Shown: positions 50,425-50,560 of the stretch, one piece after another | How the letters are laid out: each line of letters opens with the position of its first letter | Numbering within the stretch: position 1 is the stretch's first letter | Origin: Thermodesulfobacteriota bacterium | Lineage (GTDB): Bacteria > Desulfobacterota_D > UBA1144 > Nemesobacterales > N074bin48 | Direction: 5' to 3' | Assembly: GCA_041572575.1 (NCBI GenBank) | Contig: JBFFSH010000007.1 | Coordinates: 1-50,560 of the forward strand | DNA length: 50,560 bases | Position numbers and translations under genes: made by a program | Notes under the pieces: model-generated | Told to the model about the DNA's origin: nothing | The model's input: the letters and a program-made list of their open reading frames with translations, nothing else | Database searches by the model: none

Positions 50425-50560
50425 TGTAAATGCTCAGTAATTAAGTAACCAAATTAGTATATATTAATAACTAAGGAGGTGCTTAATGAAATACCATGAG
50501 ATAGTGGTAGTAAAGAGATGGATACCAATACTCAAAGAATACGAGAGAACTAAAGCCAAA
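50425..50560 (+). mobile_element. Possible left end of an IS481-family insertion sequence (truncated by window)
   Basis: TGTAAATGCTCAGTAATT begins with TGT and resembles my recollection of the IS481 end; an ORF with strong RBS follows. Confidence 0.3.
50486..50560 (+). CDS. Partial CDS running off the window (possibly a transposase)
   Basis: AAGGAGGT RBS, then MKYHEIVVVKRWIPILKEYERTKAK open to the edge. Confidence 0.6.
   Translation, partial: MKYHEIVVVKRWIPILKEYERTKAK

Overview
AT-rich bacterial chromosomal window from a diderm organism. The split atpZIBE operon, c-subunit with a signal-like extension, Pal/CpoB genes and SH3+M48 pair suggest a Desulfobacterota/Dadabacteria-like lineage (inference only). 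The first ~29 kb is mostly housekeeping: rmlD-like, xseA, CCA-adding enzyme, Fo ATP synthase, hemL, pal-cpoB-pal, a hybrid kinase, PMM/PGM, trpEG, polA, dacB, rsmA, ftsB, acyP, thrC and thiE. About 29-42 kb is a mixed accessory stretch with a TrpF-like protein lacking its catalytic Cys, a class II cAMP phosphodiesterase, an MFS and a CPA2 transporter, a RelBE-type TA pair, LOG, GFA and a methyltransferase. The strongest candidate for an undescribed system is 42.3-48.0 kb: outer-membrane beta-barrel, Mn-type DtxR/MntR repressor, exported di-heme MauG/CcP-like protein and a PhnD/PhnC/PhnE-like ABC transporter. Two TTTAG-N6-CTAAA palindromes overlap the promoters. The PhnD-fold protein has its oxyanion-binding residues replaced by a His/Tyr/Glu/Tyr/His set, suggesting redox-coupled metal (Mn/Fe) uptake rather than phosphonate uptake. 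No rRNA, tRNA or CRISPR array was seen. A possible IS481-family element begins at the right edge. All family calls come from motif recognition by eye; no database search was run.
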